Assembly (NCBI GenBank): GCA_963845755.1
Contig: CAWJTV010000018.1
Coordinates: 1-64,000, forward strand
DNA from: an uncultured Planctomycetota bacterium
GTDB taxonomy: Bacteria > Planctomycetota > Planctomycetia > Isosphaerales > Isosphaeraceae
Length of the DNA stretch: 64,000 nt
Reading direction: 5' to 3'
A program made the translations under genes and the position numbers. Position 1 is the stretch's first letter. Each line of letters starts with the position of its first letter. This document shows, piece by piece, positions 19,381 through 29,922 of the stretch. The notes beneath the pieces were generated by a model that ran no database searches, was not told the origin of the DNA, and was given only the letters and a program-made list of their open reading frames with translations.

Positions 19381-19574
19381 GCACTTCTCGGTCGGCGGAA
19401 CTTGTGATTCTCTTACGAAAATACATTGATAATGGCGGGCCAAAGTCGGCCTGTCAATCAGCGAACTTCCCAATGACTCAATAGGTTATGATGGTTTCAT
19501 CCTTATGAGATGCATAAGCAATTGTCCAATAGGGTATTGTTCAATAGTGTCCAATAGTCCAAGAGGAGTCTCCA

Positions 19575-19727
19575 ATAGAGTCTTCCTCCGTAAGGTCCCC
19601 GCGCCGAACGCCTCTGGGGATTCCGAATTCCGGATTCGCGATTCCGGATTCCCGGATCATTCCCCTTCGGGAATCCGGAATCGCGAATCGGGAATCCCGA
19701 TCGGGTTGCGGCCGAAGGCCGCGTCAG
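19575..19727 (+). mobile_element. Heptamer-palindrome MITE, copy 3
   Basis: ATAG-AGTCTTCCTCCGTAAGG...GCGGCCGAAGGCCGCG-TCAG. Confidence 0.88.
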
Positions 19728-19898
19728 GTGACCGGCGGATCAAGTCCACCCAAGAATTGACCGTTTCCCGACCGAGACTCTCCGGCCTGTCTCAACGGGA
19801 CGAGATCTAAAGGCGTTCTCGGGGCTCACGCCCCGAGCTTTACGATCCCGCCCCATTCGGGGCTCAATCCGGCACTCCCGATTGCCCTTCGACTGGCC

Positions 19899-21116
19899 CT
19901 AGCAAGCCAGCCTCATCTCTCCCTTTTCCGCGGAACCCAGACCATCTCCCGACCTGGTGAGTGTTGCCAGCAACGCCGCTCGGTTCGGCATTGAGTGAGG
20001 GATGACCAGTACGTCGGACCACCCGAAATAGCGGCCCTCCACCGTCTGGATAAAGTCATCGAACCCACGTTCGGGGACGATTCTCAGAGGCGGATCCCAG
20101 AGCGGAGCCAGTGGACCGCCCTGCGCGAGATCGCAGAGCGTCCCAAGGGCACCCAGGCGTTCGAGGTATTTGCGCGGCGAGATCCGGTTCAAGATCGCCG
20201 AGGGAGTGAACTCGACGACCAGTACCGTAGGATGGTTGGCAAACAGGTCTGCCATACCGTCCAGGACTTCCGGCTCGCCGCCCTGAGTGTCGACCTTCAC
20301 AAGCAATGAGCCCGTGATCCCATTGCGGGCGACATAGGCGTCGAGTGAATCGATCTGACAAAGTGAGCATTGGTGCTCACCTTCGATCCATCGGTTGATG
20401 ATCCGGTTGTTCTCGCTGTGCCCGGCTTCCCCGAAGACGAGCCCCAGGCCGGAGTAGTTGCTAATCGCCGCATGCTCGACTCGAACCAGTCCGGACACCC
20501 CGTTGAGGATGACGTTCTGGCCGAGCAGTGTGGCGGTTACTCCCGGCTCGAACGCAACCACGGGTGTATCGTGGCCGTTGACCCGGCTGAACTGGGCCGT
20601 GAAAATGCTCTCGAACCCGTATGATGCCCCCACGTCGATCACCGTACACGGCAGATTCAAGCTCCATAGGTGACGCAGGACACAGGTGGTGACATTCGGC
20701 GCCACACCCTCAAAACGGCGCTTCAGCGAGGCTGGGCATCCTCCAGCGGCGAACGTCGCGGCGTCTTCTCGATCCTGCTGGGTCAACAGATAGTGTCGGG
20801 AGGCCTGCTTGACCGCCTGGTAGCTGGCATCATTCACGTACATGAAGAGCTTCGCCACTCCACAGTCGACGATGTCGATCCGCCGTTGCAACTGGCTCAG
20901 CCGGGCTTCCAACTGGATCACCCGGTCTGCCAGCGCAACCTGCTTCTCAGCCAGGGCATTCAGCGCCTCGGCCATCGGTCGGAGTTCCTGGTGGAGGGTG
21001 GTCGTTGCCACCACGTGGCCGCGGCCGTCTTTGCCCGCCCCGTTCCGGCCGAGCGCGGATTTCAGCTTCGTCTTGACGTAGCGTGGCACAAACTGCTTGA
21101 GCATGGCATCCTCCAT
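19899..21116 (-). CDS. FkbM-family methyltransferase with an N-terminal coiled coil
   Basis: VIDVGASYG, VAFEP and LVKVDTQGGEPEVLDGM motifs. Confidence 0.85.
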   Translation of the reverse strand: MEDAMLKQFVPRYVKTKLKSALGRNGAGKDGRGHVVATTTLHQELRPMAEALNALAEKQVALADRVIQLEARLSQLQRRIDIVDCGVAKLFMYVNDASYQAVKQASRHYLLTQQDREDAATFAAGGCPASLKRRFEGVAPNVTTCVLRHLWSLNLPCTVIDVGASYGFESIFTAQFSRVNGHDTPVVAFEPGVTATLLGQNVILNGVSGLVRVEHAAISNYSGLGLVFGEAGHSENNRIINRWIEGEHQCSLCQIDSLDAYVARNGITGSLLVKVDTQGGEPEVLDGMADLFANHPTVLVVEFTPSAILNRISPRKYLERLGALGTLCDLAQGGPLAPLWDPPLRIVPERGFDDFIQTVEGRYFGWSDVLVIPHSMPNRAALLATLTRSGDGLGSAEKGEMRLAC

Positions 21117-21336
21117 CCTGTTTACGTCGGCCAGGCGGTTGGCTTCCCGTACACTCGCTTCCGGCGCAACGTGACGTATCCTGGAATCGCATGTTCAGAT
21201 CATGCGGTCCCACGATGATCGCACAATCCCTCGCGCGCACCGTTTCCACGGTCTCAGCTCAAGCAGTGAGGTTGTCCAAGGGGCCGTATCGTATCCATCC
21301 ACCTTGGTGGCGACAATACCAGCTATCGACGTCACT

Positions 21337-21491
21337 CTAGCGTTTTCCTCCGCAGGATCCCTCCGCCATGCGCACATCTGGGGATTCCGAATTCCGGATT
21401 CGAGATTCCGGATTCCGGAATCATTCCCTTTCGGGAATTCGGAATCGCGAATCGGGTATCCCTCCTGGGTTGCGGCCGGAGGCCGCGTTAG
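21337..21491 (+). mobile_element. Heptamer-palindrome MITE, copy 4 (diverged)
   Basis: CTAG-CGTTTTCCTCCGCAGG...GCGGCCGGAGGCCGCG-TTAG. Confidence 0.85.
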
Positions 21492-21593
21492 CCCCCTTCG
21501 CAAGAGGGGGATGAATTGGAAAACTCTTCCGGATCCATCGGTTGCGGCTAATCCAACGGGATCGACTTTAGGGGCGAAGCGGGGCATCTCCGG

Positions 21594-22043
21594 CTATCCC
21601 AATCCGGAGTCGCGTCGGACGAGCTGGAGCGTCTTCTCATCGCGTCCACCCTGATAATACTTATCGATCAGCCGGTGGAAGACGGAACCGTCGGGCGAAA
21701 CGCAGGCGAAGAGCGTCGCGCAGGATTTCAGCTTCATGTCGTCAGGCGAGCCGAATATCTCGTTCGCGGTTTTCCCGTCGACGCCCAGGGCCGCCTCGGC
21801 ACACTCGACCAGCCGCGGCCCGAGGAGTGGATGGGCAAGGTAGGCTTCGGCCTCGGCTAATGTCTTGATCGCGTACCGTTGGGACGTCGCGCTGAAGCCC
21901 AGGCCGTCGAATTGCGGGAAGATGTACCACATCCAGTGCGATCGCTTGCGGCCCCTCCTGATCTCGGAGAGCGCCTGCTCGTAATCGTCTTCCTGCGCCC
22001 GGACGAAGCGGATCAGGTTGTGAGGATCGTCGGTAGCCGACAT
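21594..22043 (-). CDS. DUF1810-family protein
   Basis: RFVRAQ...GRKRSHWMWYIFPQ...HPLLGPRL...GSPDDMKLKSCATLF. Confidence 0.92.
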   Translation of the reverse strand: MSATDDPHNLIRFVRAQEDDYEQALSEIRRGRKRSHWMWYIFPQFDGLGFSATSQRYAIKTLAEAEAYLAHPLLGPRLVECAEAALGVDGKTANEIFGSPDDMKLKSCATLFACVSPDGSVFHRLIDKYYQGGRDEKTLQLVRRDSGLG

Positions 22044-22254
22044 GACTTGATCTCCGAACGCCGCGAGAGTCGGGGTTCAGACGATTGTCGCTCAGCGGTC
22101 AGACGAGGGCAACCCAAGGAGGCGTCGGAGTAGCGGGAATCTGCCACCTCCCGGAATCAGTGTACAGACGTTGACAAAAAGTCGATACATCGTTCTAATC
22201 CACGGTCGCGACCGAGGCGACTCGGAGAACCCGACAATTTCCTGGGAGAATCCC

Positions 22255-22755
22255 ATGTCCTACGCTGAAACCATTCTGCCCGAGTTCGATCAGGAGATGG
22301 CGAATACCCGCAAGGTGCTCGAGCGGATTCCGGACGACCGGCTCGATTGGCAGGCCCACCCCAAGTCGCACACGATCGGCTGGAACGCCAACCACGTGGC
22401 GGACATCCCCAAATGGCTTGAGATGGTCCTGACGACGCCGTCGCTGGATATCGCCCCGGTCGGCGGCGAGGCTTATATTTCGCCGAAGCTGGGCAGCCGA
22501 CGGGAGATCCTCGATCTCTTCGACCGCAACGTCGCCGCCGCTCGGAAGGCGATCGCCGCGGTCAAGGACGCGGACGTGGGCAGTCCGTGGACGCTGGCAC
22601 AGGCCGGTAATCCGATCTTCACCATGCCGCGCTCGGCCGTGGTCCGCTCGATGGTCCTCAACCACTTGATGCACCATCGCGCCCACCTGTGCGTCTACCT
22701 CCGCCTGAACGACATCCCGGTTCCGGGGATGTACGGGCCATCGGGCGATGAATGA
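22255..22755 (+). CDS. DinB/YfiT-family protein
   Basis: EFDQEMANTRKVLERIP...NHLMHHRAHLCVYLRL...PGMYGPS. Confidence 0.9.
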   Translation: MSYAETILPEFDQEMANTRKVLERIPDDRLDWQAHPKSHTIGWNANHVADIPKWLEMVLTTPSLDIAPVGGEAYISPKLGSRREILDLFDRNVAAARKAIAAVKDADVGSPWTLAQAGNPIFTMPRSAVVRSMVLNHLMHHRAHLCVYLRLNDIPVPGMYGPSGDE

Positions 22756-22849
22756 GAGGCGGTCTCATCTACTTGAAGTAGCACGTTACCCGTCCGACCG
22801 CTACCGCGTCGCGAGGTCGGTCGAATTCGTTTCTTGAGGGAGGTGTCCA

Positions 22850-23284
22850 ATGACGCTCAGATCGTTCCTCGCATTCGCTCTGCTCATTTCGTACTCGTCG
22901 GCCACTCGGGGCGATGACGCCGGGAACAACGCCCTTGATGGCGCCTGGCTGCCGTCGTCGGCGGAACTCGCAGGGAAGCCATTCCCCGACGAGGTCCGCA
23001 AGAGCATTAGACTCGAGGTCAAGGGCGACCAGTACACCGTGACGGTGGGGAAGAAGCCCGATCGGGGGACCTGCAAGCTGAATCCGTCGGCGAATCCGAA
23101 GGCGCTGGACATTACCGGCACCGAGGGACCGAATAAGGGTAAGACAATCCTGGCCATCTACGAGCGGAAGGGCGGCACGTTGCGGGTCTGTTACGACCTC
23201 AGCGGCAAGGGCCGCCCCGCGGAATTCAAGACCTCGGCGGGGACCCAACTGTTCCTGGTCGAGTACAAATTGCAGAAGCCATGA
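22850..23284 (+). CDS. Planctomycete TIGR03067-type secreted protein
   Basis: Signal peptide; LDGAW...PKALDI...LAIYE...LRVCY...RPAEF. Confidence 0.85.
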   Translation: MTLRSFLAFALLISYSSATRGDDAGNNALDGAWLPSSAELAGKPFPDEVRKSIRLEVKGDQYTVTVGKKPDRGTCKLNPSANPKALDITGTEGPNKGKTILAIYERKGGTLRVCYDLSGKGRPAEFKTSAGTQLFLVEYKLQKP

Positions 23285-23291
23285 GGTGGTC

Positions 23292-24545
23292 TCAGCGACT
23301 ATACCAGGCCACGAGTTTTTCCAGCTCGCCACGCTCGGCCAGGAGATGCATCAAGTATCGAATGTGGGGGAAGCCCAACATCGGGTTACCGCCGAAATGG
23401 TCGTCGACGACCTGGATCGCTTGCTGCACCGCGATCGCCGGAGGCACGCCGGCAATCGCTCGCCTCAGCCACAGGATCATCGGCAGCGTAAGGACCAGCG
23501 ATTCCAGGCCGGCCCAGAGCGGCAGCCCGAAGTTGGGCGGCCCGCAGAATTGCAGCGAATTCAGTTTCACCACATAATAACGTTCCAGAATCTCATCCAT
23601 TTCCGGCGGCATCCCGCTGCATCGTTCGACCTCCTCGAAGCGGGTTTCCGCGAGGAATTCGTTGACGCGAGGCACGCGACCACGGCCCCTGACAAAGCGC
23701 CAGCCGGCGAGCACTCGGCCCAACCGTCCTCCAATTCCTGAGGCTCCGTGCACGTCGCGATTCCTGCGGGCAAAAATGGCCAGCAGGACGCGGAACAGGA
23801 CCCCGCCGAACAGCGGGTCGGGCGGCGGCAGGTCCGTGGGTTCGCGGGGCACTTCCGTTTCCATCGCGCCGCGTACCGCCTGCAAGTACTTACTCAACCG
23901 GTGACCTTGCAGGTTTTCAAACTGTGTCTTGCCTCCGATGCGAGCCACGGCCAGGCATTTGCGCAGCCGCCGTTCCAGACGATCGCCGCGGTCTTGCACG
24001 ATCTCTACCAGCACCTGGACGAGACGGCACACATCCGGCCACGAAAGCTGCTGACCGGCTTGCAGCAAGGGAGGCGGCGCACTCTCCGCCGACCTGCCGA
24101 CGTGTTGCTCCAACAAGCGAGACAGGTGCACCAGGTCTTTCTCGGAATCGGCCACAGGGCGACCCGAATTGGCCGCGGCCGACGGGCAGGAGAAACGCAT
24201 GCCGACGCGCCAGTGGTTGCCCGCGGGTATGAGGACAAAGGGGAACAAACGGCATACGAACGGTTTGACGTCGGCGCCGAAACGCTCGTGAAGCCGGCAG
24301 TGGTTTTCGGTCGTCAAGAAGACGCAGCTCCCATCAGGCCGATGTCTCAGCTTCCATTTCTTGGGGCCCGAACCCGTGCGCACGAACCACGGCTTGGGAG
24401 CGACCTCGGGATCGTTTGCCAGATCCAGGGCTTCGATGCGATGCTTCTCTTCGTCGGTGATCACCGCCTCGATCCGGCAGCAATCGCTGCAGCTATGGCA
24501 ATCCCAGTTTTGCATCAGGGGCAAATTTCGTAATGGGACCGACAT
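23292..24545 (-). CDS. YkgJ-family CxxCxxCC cysteine-cluster protein (FliB-like)
   Basis: WDCHSCSDCC, DGSCVFL, CRLH and KPFVCRLFPF motifs. Confidence 0.8.
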   Translation of the reverse strand: MSVPLRNLPLMQNWDCHSCSDCCRIEAVITDEEKHRIEALDLANDPEVAPKPWFVRTGSGPKKWKLRHRPDGSCVFLTTENHCRLHERFGADVKPFVCRLFPFVLIPAGNHWRVGMRFSCPSAAANSGRPVADSEKDLVHLSRLLEQHVGRSAESAPPPLLQAGQQLSWPDVCRLVQVLVEIVQDRGDRLERRLRKCLAVARIGGKTQFENLQGHRLSKYLQAVRGAMETEVPREPTDLPPPDPLFGGVLFRVLLAIFARRNRDVHGASGIGGRLGRVLAGWRFVRGRGRVPRVNEFLAETRFEEVERCSGMPPEMDEILERYYVVKLNSLQFCGPPNFGLPLWAGLESLVLTLPMILWLRRAIAGVPPAIAVQQAIQVVDDHFGGNPMLGFPHIRYLMHLLAERGELEKLVAWYSR

Positions 24546-24786
24546 AAATACATACCGCCTATCAGCCCGTGGTCGAGATCCTCGGCGACACGCTTTGAGG
24601 TAGTGGATTCTGGTCGTTGCTCGACACGAATACGGGTATTCTGGCAGTCGCCAGGGGAAGATACAAGGCATCGTCCCGCCCACGTCTGTGGCGTTGACGA
24701 ACCCGGGCTCTGGGGACCGGAATTGCCCGCACTCGTACAATGCCGGCAGTTATCCCGAGGAGGACGGCATCTACCAGGAGAACAGC

Positions 24787-25776
24787 ATGGCCAAAGTCGT
24801 GCGATTTCACGAGACCGGGGACCCCGAGGTCCTCAAGATTGAGAATCTCGAAGTGCCGCCGCCCGGGAAAAGCGAAGTGCAGATACGCATCCATGCGTTA
24901 GGGCTGAACCGGGCCGAATCGATGTTCCGCCGCGGCGAGTACCTGGAAGAGCCCAAGCTTCCCGCCCGGCTGGGATACGAGGCCGCGGGGACCGTGTCCG
25001 CGATGGGGCCGGGCGTTCAAGGATTCAAGATCGGCGACCCCGTCAGCACCATACCCAGCTTCTCATTGAATACGTACGGGCTCTACGGCGAACTCGCGAA
25101 CGCCCCGGTCCATGCCGTGACCCATCACCCCGCCTCGCTCTCCTGGGCCGACGCGGCGGCGGTCTGGATGCAATACCTGACCGCCTACGGCGCCTTGATC
25201 GACATCGCCGATCTCAAGTCCGGCGACACGGTCGTGATCCCGGCGGCATCGAGCAGCGTCGGCCTCGCGGCCATCCAGATCGCGAACAAGGTCGGGGCGA
25301 CTCCGATCGCACTGACACGCGGCCCGTCCAAGCGCCAGGCACTCCAGGACGCCGGGGCCGCCCACGTGATCGCCACCGACGAGCAGGACCTGGTCAAGGA
25401 GATCCTCGCCCTCACGGGCGGAAAAGGCGCCAGGGTCGTCTTCGACCCCGTCGGCGGGCCGACCGTCGTGAAGCTCACCCAGGCGATGGCTCAGTTGGGC
25501 ACGCTGTTCCTCTACGGCGCTTTGAGTACAGAGCCCACTCCGCTCCCTTTGATGGAATCTCTCGGTAAGTGGCTCACGATTCGCGGTTATGTGATGCTGG
25601 AAATCACGAGCGATCCCAAACGCCTGGAACGCGGCAAGCAGTTCATCAACGCAGGACTCGCCGACGGGAGTTTCCGGCCGATCATCGCCAAGACGTTTCC
25701 ACTCGAGGAGATCGTCGCGGCCCACCGCTATCTGGAGTCTAACCAGCAGATCGGAAAGATCGTGGTGACGGTCTAG
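24787..25776 (+). CDS. NADPH:quinone reductase-like medium-chain dehydrogenase
   Basis: GLNRAE, LGYEAAG, AASSSVGLAAIQ and ESNQQIGKIVV motifs. Confidence 0.92.
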   Translation: MAKVVRFHETGDPEVLKIENLEVPPPGKSEVQIRIHALGLNRAESMFRRGEYLEEPKLPARLGYEAAGTVSAMGPGVQGFKIGDPVSTIPSFSLNTYGLYGELANAPVHAVTHHPASLSWADAAAVWMQYLTAYGALIDIADLKSGDTVVIPAASSSVGLAAIQIANKVGATPIALTRGPSKRQALQDAGAAHVIATDEQDLVKEILALTGGKGARVVFDPVGGPTVVKLTQAMAQLGTLFLYGALSTEPTPLPLMESLGKWLTIRGYVMLEITSDPKRLERGKQFINAGLADGSFRPIIAKTFPLEEIVAAHRYLESNQQIGKIVVTV

Positions 25777-25829
25777 AGCGTCGAACGCTTGCGTCGCGCA
25801 CGCGCCGGGCCCGATGCGAATCCACCCCG

Positions 25830-27074
25830 CTAACCGCTCCGGAACCGTTCCACCGCCTGTTCGTCAACGTCCAGACCGATCCCGGGGTGTTCGGGGGCGA
25901 GGATCAGGCCGTCGCGGATCGAGAAAACCTCCTGGCTCTTGAGGACCTTGAGACCGGGCGACCACTGTTCTTGCGGCAGCAGAGGAGGCGAGATCAGCGC
26001 GAGTTCTTGCCACTCCGATCCGACGGCCAAGGTCGCCTGGAGCCAGCCGGCGACCCGGAGCGACATCGAACCGTGGAGGATGCACGGTAGCCCGAAAGCC
26101 TGGGCCAGCGCGGCGACCTTGACGCAGGTCAGGATGCCTCCCGACCCGCTCCCCTCCGGCTGGAGGATGTCATAGGTCTTGTGGATCAGGCACTCCCGGA
26201 ACGCGCCGAGGCCGCGGTATCCTTCGCCTCCGGTGATCGGGATGTCAACCTCGGCCGCCAGTCGAGCGGGGCTGACATAGTCCTCGCGGGCGAATGGTTC
26301 TTCGAGCCAGTAGGCGCCTTTCTCCTGCAACCCGCGCGCGACCTCGAGGCCGGTCTGGTAATCCCAGACCTTTTGACCGACGGCCGCCGGCCGGTCGGCC
26401 GTGCGGTCGAACATCACGGCGAAGTCCGGGCCCACGGTTTGCTTGATCGCGCCGCAGGCCGCCACGTCGTCCATCGGGTTCGGCCGCCAGGCGCGGATCT
26501 TCATTCCTTGAAAGTCGGCCTGTTTCAGCTTGACGGCCATCCTGGCCTGTTCTTCATACGGGACATGAGACTGATCCAGCTTTCCTTTCCAGACGCAGGT
26601 GACATAGGCCTTTACGCGATCGGACGAGCCTCCCAGCAGTTTGTAGACCGGTTGGCCGGCGAGCTTGCCGATGGCGTCCCAGAGGGCGTGTTCGACGCCA
26701 CCCCACTGGATGAGTCCGTGTCGCAGGTGTCGCTCGATGGCGAACAGGTCCTGGCCGACGAGCCGCTTCCGGACCTCGGGCAGGACCTCGGACTGTGGGC
26801 CGGCGAACGAGTAGCCGCGAACGCCCGCGTCGGTAACGACCTTCACCACGAGGAAATGATGGTCGTGGCCGGCTTCGTGCTCGGCCCTTGAGACCGGGAT
26901 GTCGATGGGAAAGATGTCCACATCCCGGATCATCACCGGCTTGACCGTCTCCGCCAGTGAACGGAGCGGGCCGAGGATCGCCGCGGATGAGGCGATCGCG
27001 GTACCCAGGAAGATGCGCCGTGTCTGTCGGACAGCCGCACGCGGCTCGCTCAACTGGCTCATGGGATCGCGCAT
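25830..27074 (-). CDS. Mandelate racemase/muconate-lactonizing (enolase superfamily) enzyme with a Tat-like signal
   Basis: TRRIFLG leader; ALWDAIGKLAGQPVYKLLGG, KIR, WLEEP, ITGGE and DILQP motifs. Confidence 0.88.
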   Translation of the reverse strand: MRDPMSQLSEPRAAVRQTRRIFLGTAIASSAAILGPLRSLAETVKPVMIRDVDIFPIDIPVSRAEHEAGHDHHFLVVKVVTDAGVRGYSFAGPQSEVLPEVRKRLVGQDLFAIERHLRHGLIQWGGVEHALWDAIGKLAGQPVYKLLGGSSDRVKAYVTCVWKGKLDQSHVPYEEQARMAVKLKQADFQGMKIRAWRPNPMDDVAACGAIKQTVGPDFAVMFDRTADRPAAVGQKVWDYQTGLEVARGLQEKGAYWLEEPFAREDYVSPARLAAEVDIPITGGEGYRGLGAFRECLIHKTYDILQPEGSGSGGILTCVKVAALAQAFGLPCILHGSMSLRVAGWLQATLAVGSEWQELALISPPLLPQEQWSPGLKVLKSQEVFSIRDGLILAPEHPGIGLDVDEQAVERFRSG

Positions 27075-27291
27075 GGACGTCTCGGCCTTCTCGAAAAAGG
27101 GACGGGCCGAGACGTCGACGTCACGCTCGATCGCCCCGGCCCCGGTGTGTTCCAGAGCCACGCGACCTATTCTTCCTCCCGAGGGTCGCATCCTCAAGGG
27201 AGTTCCGTCGCCCCGCCCGGATCCCCAGAGATCGGTCCGGGGACGAGCGGAGCCATGCGGGGCTGTGCGGTCGGCAACCTCAGTCTGCCGG

Positions 27292-28358
27292 TCAGTCGGT
27301 CACGACGAGGACCACGAATGAGCCTGGCACCATGTTACGTCCCCGACCTCCACCTTTCCCTTTCGCGACGGGGGCCGGTTTGGTCTGTGTCTTCGCGTTG
27401 GCAGTTGGCGCAGGGGTGGCCGCCGAAAGGTAGATTCGGTGCGTCTTCGGGTCGAGCGTCATGGTCCGGCGCCTTGCTGTGTGGGGACGGTCGCGGCGAC
27501 GGCAAACCGGCCGGGAGCCTCCTCGCGAACGACCGTCAAGGTCCCATCACCGCCGTTGGAGCTGAAGGCCAGTCCGCGCTCGGGGTCGAAGACGCAGCCG
27601 TCCGAGCCTCGTCCGATCGGCAATGTGGCGAGGATCTTTCCGCTATCGGCATCGAGGACCACCATGGTCTGGCTGGTCCCACAGACGCTGAACAGTCGCC
27701 GATGCTCGCGGTCCAAGGCCAGGCCGGTGGGCCGGCGGCCGGACCCGAGCGACCAGCGGTTCAGGACCTGGAGCGAGCGAGCGTCGAACTCCACCACTTC
27801 GTTCTTGTCCAGGAGGTTCACGAACACATGACCCCGGCCATCCGCAACGGCCGCCTCGGGGACGCCTTCGAGCGCAACGGTGCCCGCCACGCTCATGGCC
27901 GACGGGTCAACGGCCGTGGCGTCCTTGCTGCCGTGGTTGTAGGTGAAGATGCGATGGCTTTCCGGATCGAACATGATGGCGTCGGGCCGGCCGCCCACCT
28001 TGACCTTGCCCGTGGCCTTGAGTGTCTTCAGGTCGAATGCCGTGACTGTGTCATCCCCACCGTTGCTGGTGAAGCCACGGCCGAGATCGGGAACCAGGGC
28101 GACTCCATGGACTCCGGGCGTGTCCGCCAGCTCGCCGACCGCCTTCTCGGCATCCGTGTCCACGACCATGATGCGGTTGCCGCGCGAGACGTACAGGCGC
28201 TTCGCTTCGGAATCCGCCGTGAGGTAGTCCCACCCGCCCTCGCCTCCAATCGCGATCTTGTGGACCTTCGCGGGCGGAGCCGTAGTGGACTGGGCCTTGA
28301 TGTCCGCCGACATGACCAGCGGCAAGACGGCCGAGAGAGCCAGTGCGTACCGTTTCAT
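27292..28358 (-). CDS. YncE-family secreted beta-propeller protein (C-terminal frameshift)
   Basis: Signal peptide; GGEGGWDYL, TPGVHGVA and GFTSNG motifs; continues ARTMTLDPKTHRIYL in another frame. Confidence 0.88.
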
Positions 28359-28524
28359 CGAGGTGACTCCTGCGTGAAAGGAGATGCGCCAACGCGTACC
28401 CGCCAGATTGGACGTCAATGTATCCGAATCAGCGATGGTCGATCGAGAACCGACCCAATTGTTAATGAGAATTAACTGAAATGGCTGTTCTGCCCGGGTC
28501 GGCACTCATCAGGATGAACAGGAT

Positions 28525-28567
28525 CTTATCTTCGCCTTAAGGTCGGCTTAGGTTCCCCGGCTAGAAT
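28525..28567 (+). promoter_or_regulatory. Putative OmpR-family operator: three CTTA boxes at 11-bp period plus a -10 TAGAAT
   Basis: CTTA at 28525, 28536 and 28547; TAGAAT at 28562; near-identical copy at 29804-29846. Confidence 0.7.
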
Positions 28568-28644
28568 CCTTGCAAGGCCCGGATGCCGTCAACAGCGGCT
28601 CGACGCCGGGGCTGAGCGGGCCTGGATTCGGGAGGAGATTCCCC

Positions 28645-29796
28645 ATGGACGGCCATGAACGTCTGCTGGACAAACTGTCGCACTTCGTCCACAAGCAGTT
28701 GCTGTGGCTGATGATCGCTTCTTACGCCATCGCGGCCTGCGCGCCCTCGATCGGTCTCGCGATCCGGGATGTCTCGATGGGCGAGGTCGCTCTTTTCGGG
28801 CAGTCGATGCGGCTCAGCCTCTCGATGCTGATGCTGGCCTCACTGCTCCTGAACGCGGGGCTGGGGGTCCGGTGGGGCCAGATCCGGGAGATCGTGCGAA
28901 ACCCGCGTCTCCTGGGCGCCGGGTTGACGGCGAACCTGTTGATCCCGATCGCCTTTATCGTGGGCGTCACGCGACTGATGGCGGGCTGGCACAATGCGGA
29001 TGAGGTTCAGAACATCCTGGTGGGGCTGGCCCTGGTCGCCTCGATGCCGATCGCTGGCTCATCGACCGCCTGGGCCCAGAACGCCGACGGCGAGCTGACC
29101 CTCAGCCTCGGGCTGGTCCTGTTCTCGACCCTACTCAGCCCGCTGTCAACGCCGATCGCCCTCCATTCGGTCGGCCTGATGGCGACCGGCGATTACGCCG
29201 AAGACCTGCACGACCTGGCGGCCGGAGGGACGGGGATGTTCCTGGCGGTCTGCGTCCTGGCACCGTCGCTGATCGGCATCGGCGTTCGCCGGGCCGTCGG
29301 TGATGCCCGGTACACCGCCGCCAGGCCGCGCCTGAAGCTGATCAACTCCGCGATCTTGCTGATCCTGAACTATTCCAATGCCTCGGTCTCGCTGCCCCAG
29401 GCCGTGGCGGATCCCGACCTCGACTTCCTCGTCGTGACGCTGGGCCTCGTCGTCGCCTTGTGCGGGCTCGCGTTCGCGGCCGGCTGGACGATCTCGTGGC
29501 TGCTGAAGGCAACCCCGGGCCAGCGAACCTCGCTAATGTTCGGGCTCGGGATGAACAATAACGGCACGGGCCTGGTGCTGGCGTCGATGGCGCTGGCCGA
29601 CCATCCGCGCGTCATGCTCCCCATCATTCTCTACAACCTCGTGCAGCACCTGATCGCCGGGATCGTCGATCGCTTGAGCGGCTCGACGCCCCCATCCTCC
29701 AGCCTCGCGACGGGGCCCGGCCGAGTTCAAGGGACGCACGGACGAGGGCTCAATCCCTTCCGAATGCCTGGGTTGCGGCCGGCTCGGGTGCGATAA
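28645..29796 (+). CDS. Bile acid:sodium symporter (BASS) family transporter
   Basis: Multi-TM protein; MPIAGSSTAW and FGLGMNNNGTGLVLA motifs. Confidence 0.88.
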   Translation: MDGHERLLDKLSHFVHKQLLWLMIASYAIAACAPSIGLAIRDVSMGEVALFGQSMRLSLSMLMLASLLLNAGLGVRWGQIREIVRNPRLLGAGLTANLLIPIAFIVGVTRLMAGWHNADEVQNILVGLALVASMPIAGSSTAWAQNADGELTLSLGLVLFSTLLSPLSTPIALHSVGLMATGDYAEDLHDLAAGGTGMFLAVCVLAPSLIGIGVRRAVGDARYTAARPRLKLINSAILLILNYSNASVSLPQAVADPDLDFLVVTLGLVVALCGLAFAAGWTISWLLKATPGQRTSLMFGLGMNNNGTGLVLASMALADHPRVMLPIILYNLVQHLIAGIVDRLSGSTPPSSSLATGPGRVQGTHGRGLNPFRMPGLRPARVR

Positions 29797-29803
29797 GCTG
29801 GAA

Positions 29804-29846
29804 TTTATCCTCGCCTTACGATCCGCTTAGAATCACGGAGTATGCT
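29804..29846 (+). promoter_or_regulatory. Second copy of the putative OmpR-family operator plus a -10 TATGCT
   Basis: (T/C)TTA at 29804, 29815 and 29826; TATGCT at 29841, with the same spacing as the first site. Confidence 0.7.
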
Positions 29847-29922
29847 GTTCGACACCGCCGGGGAGTCCGAGACCGTTGGCCGGCTTCGAGATATCTCGGC
29901 GGCAAACCCTGGGAGAATCCTC

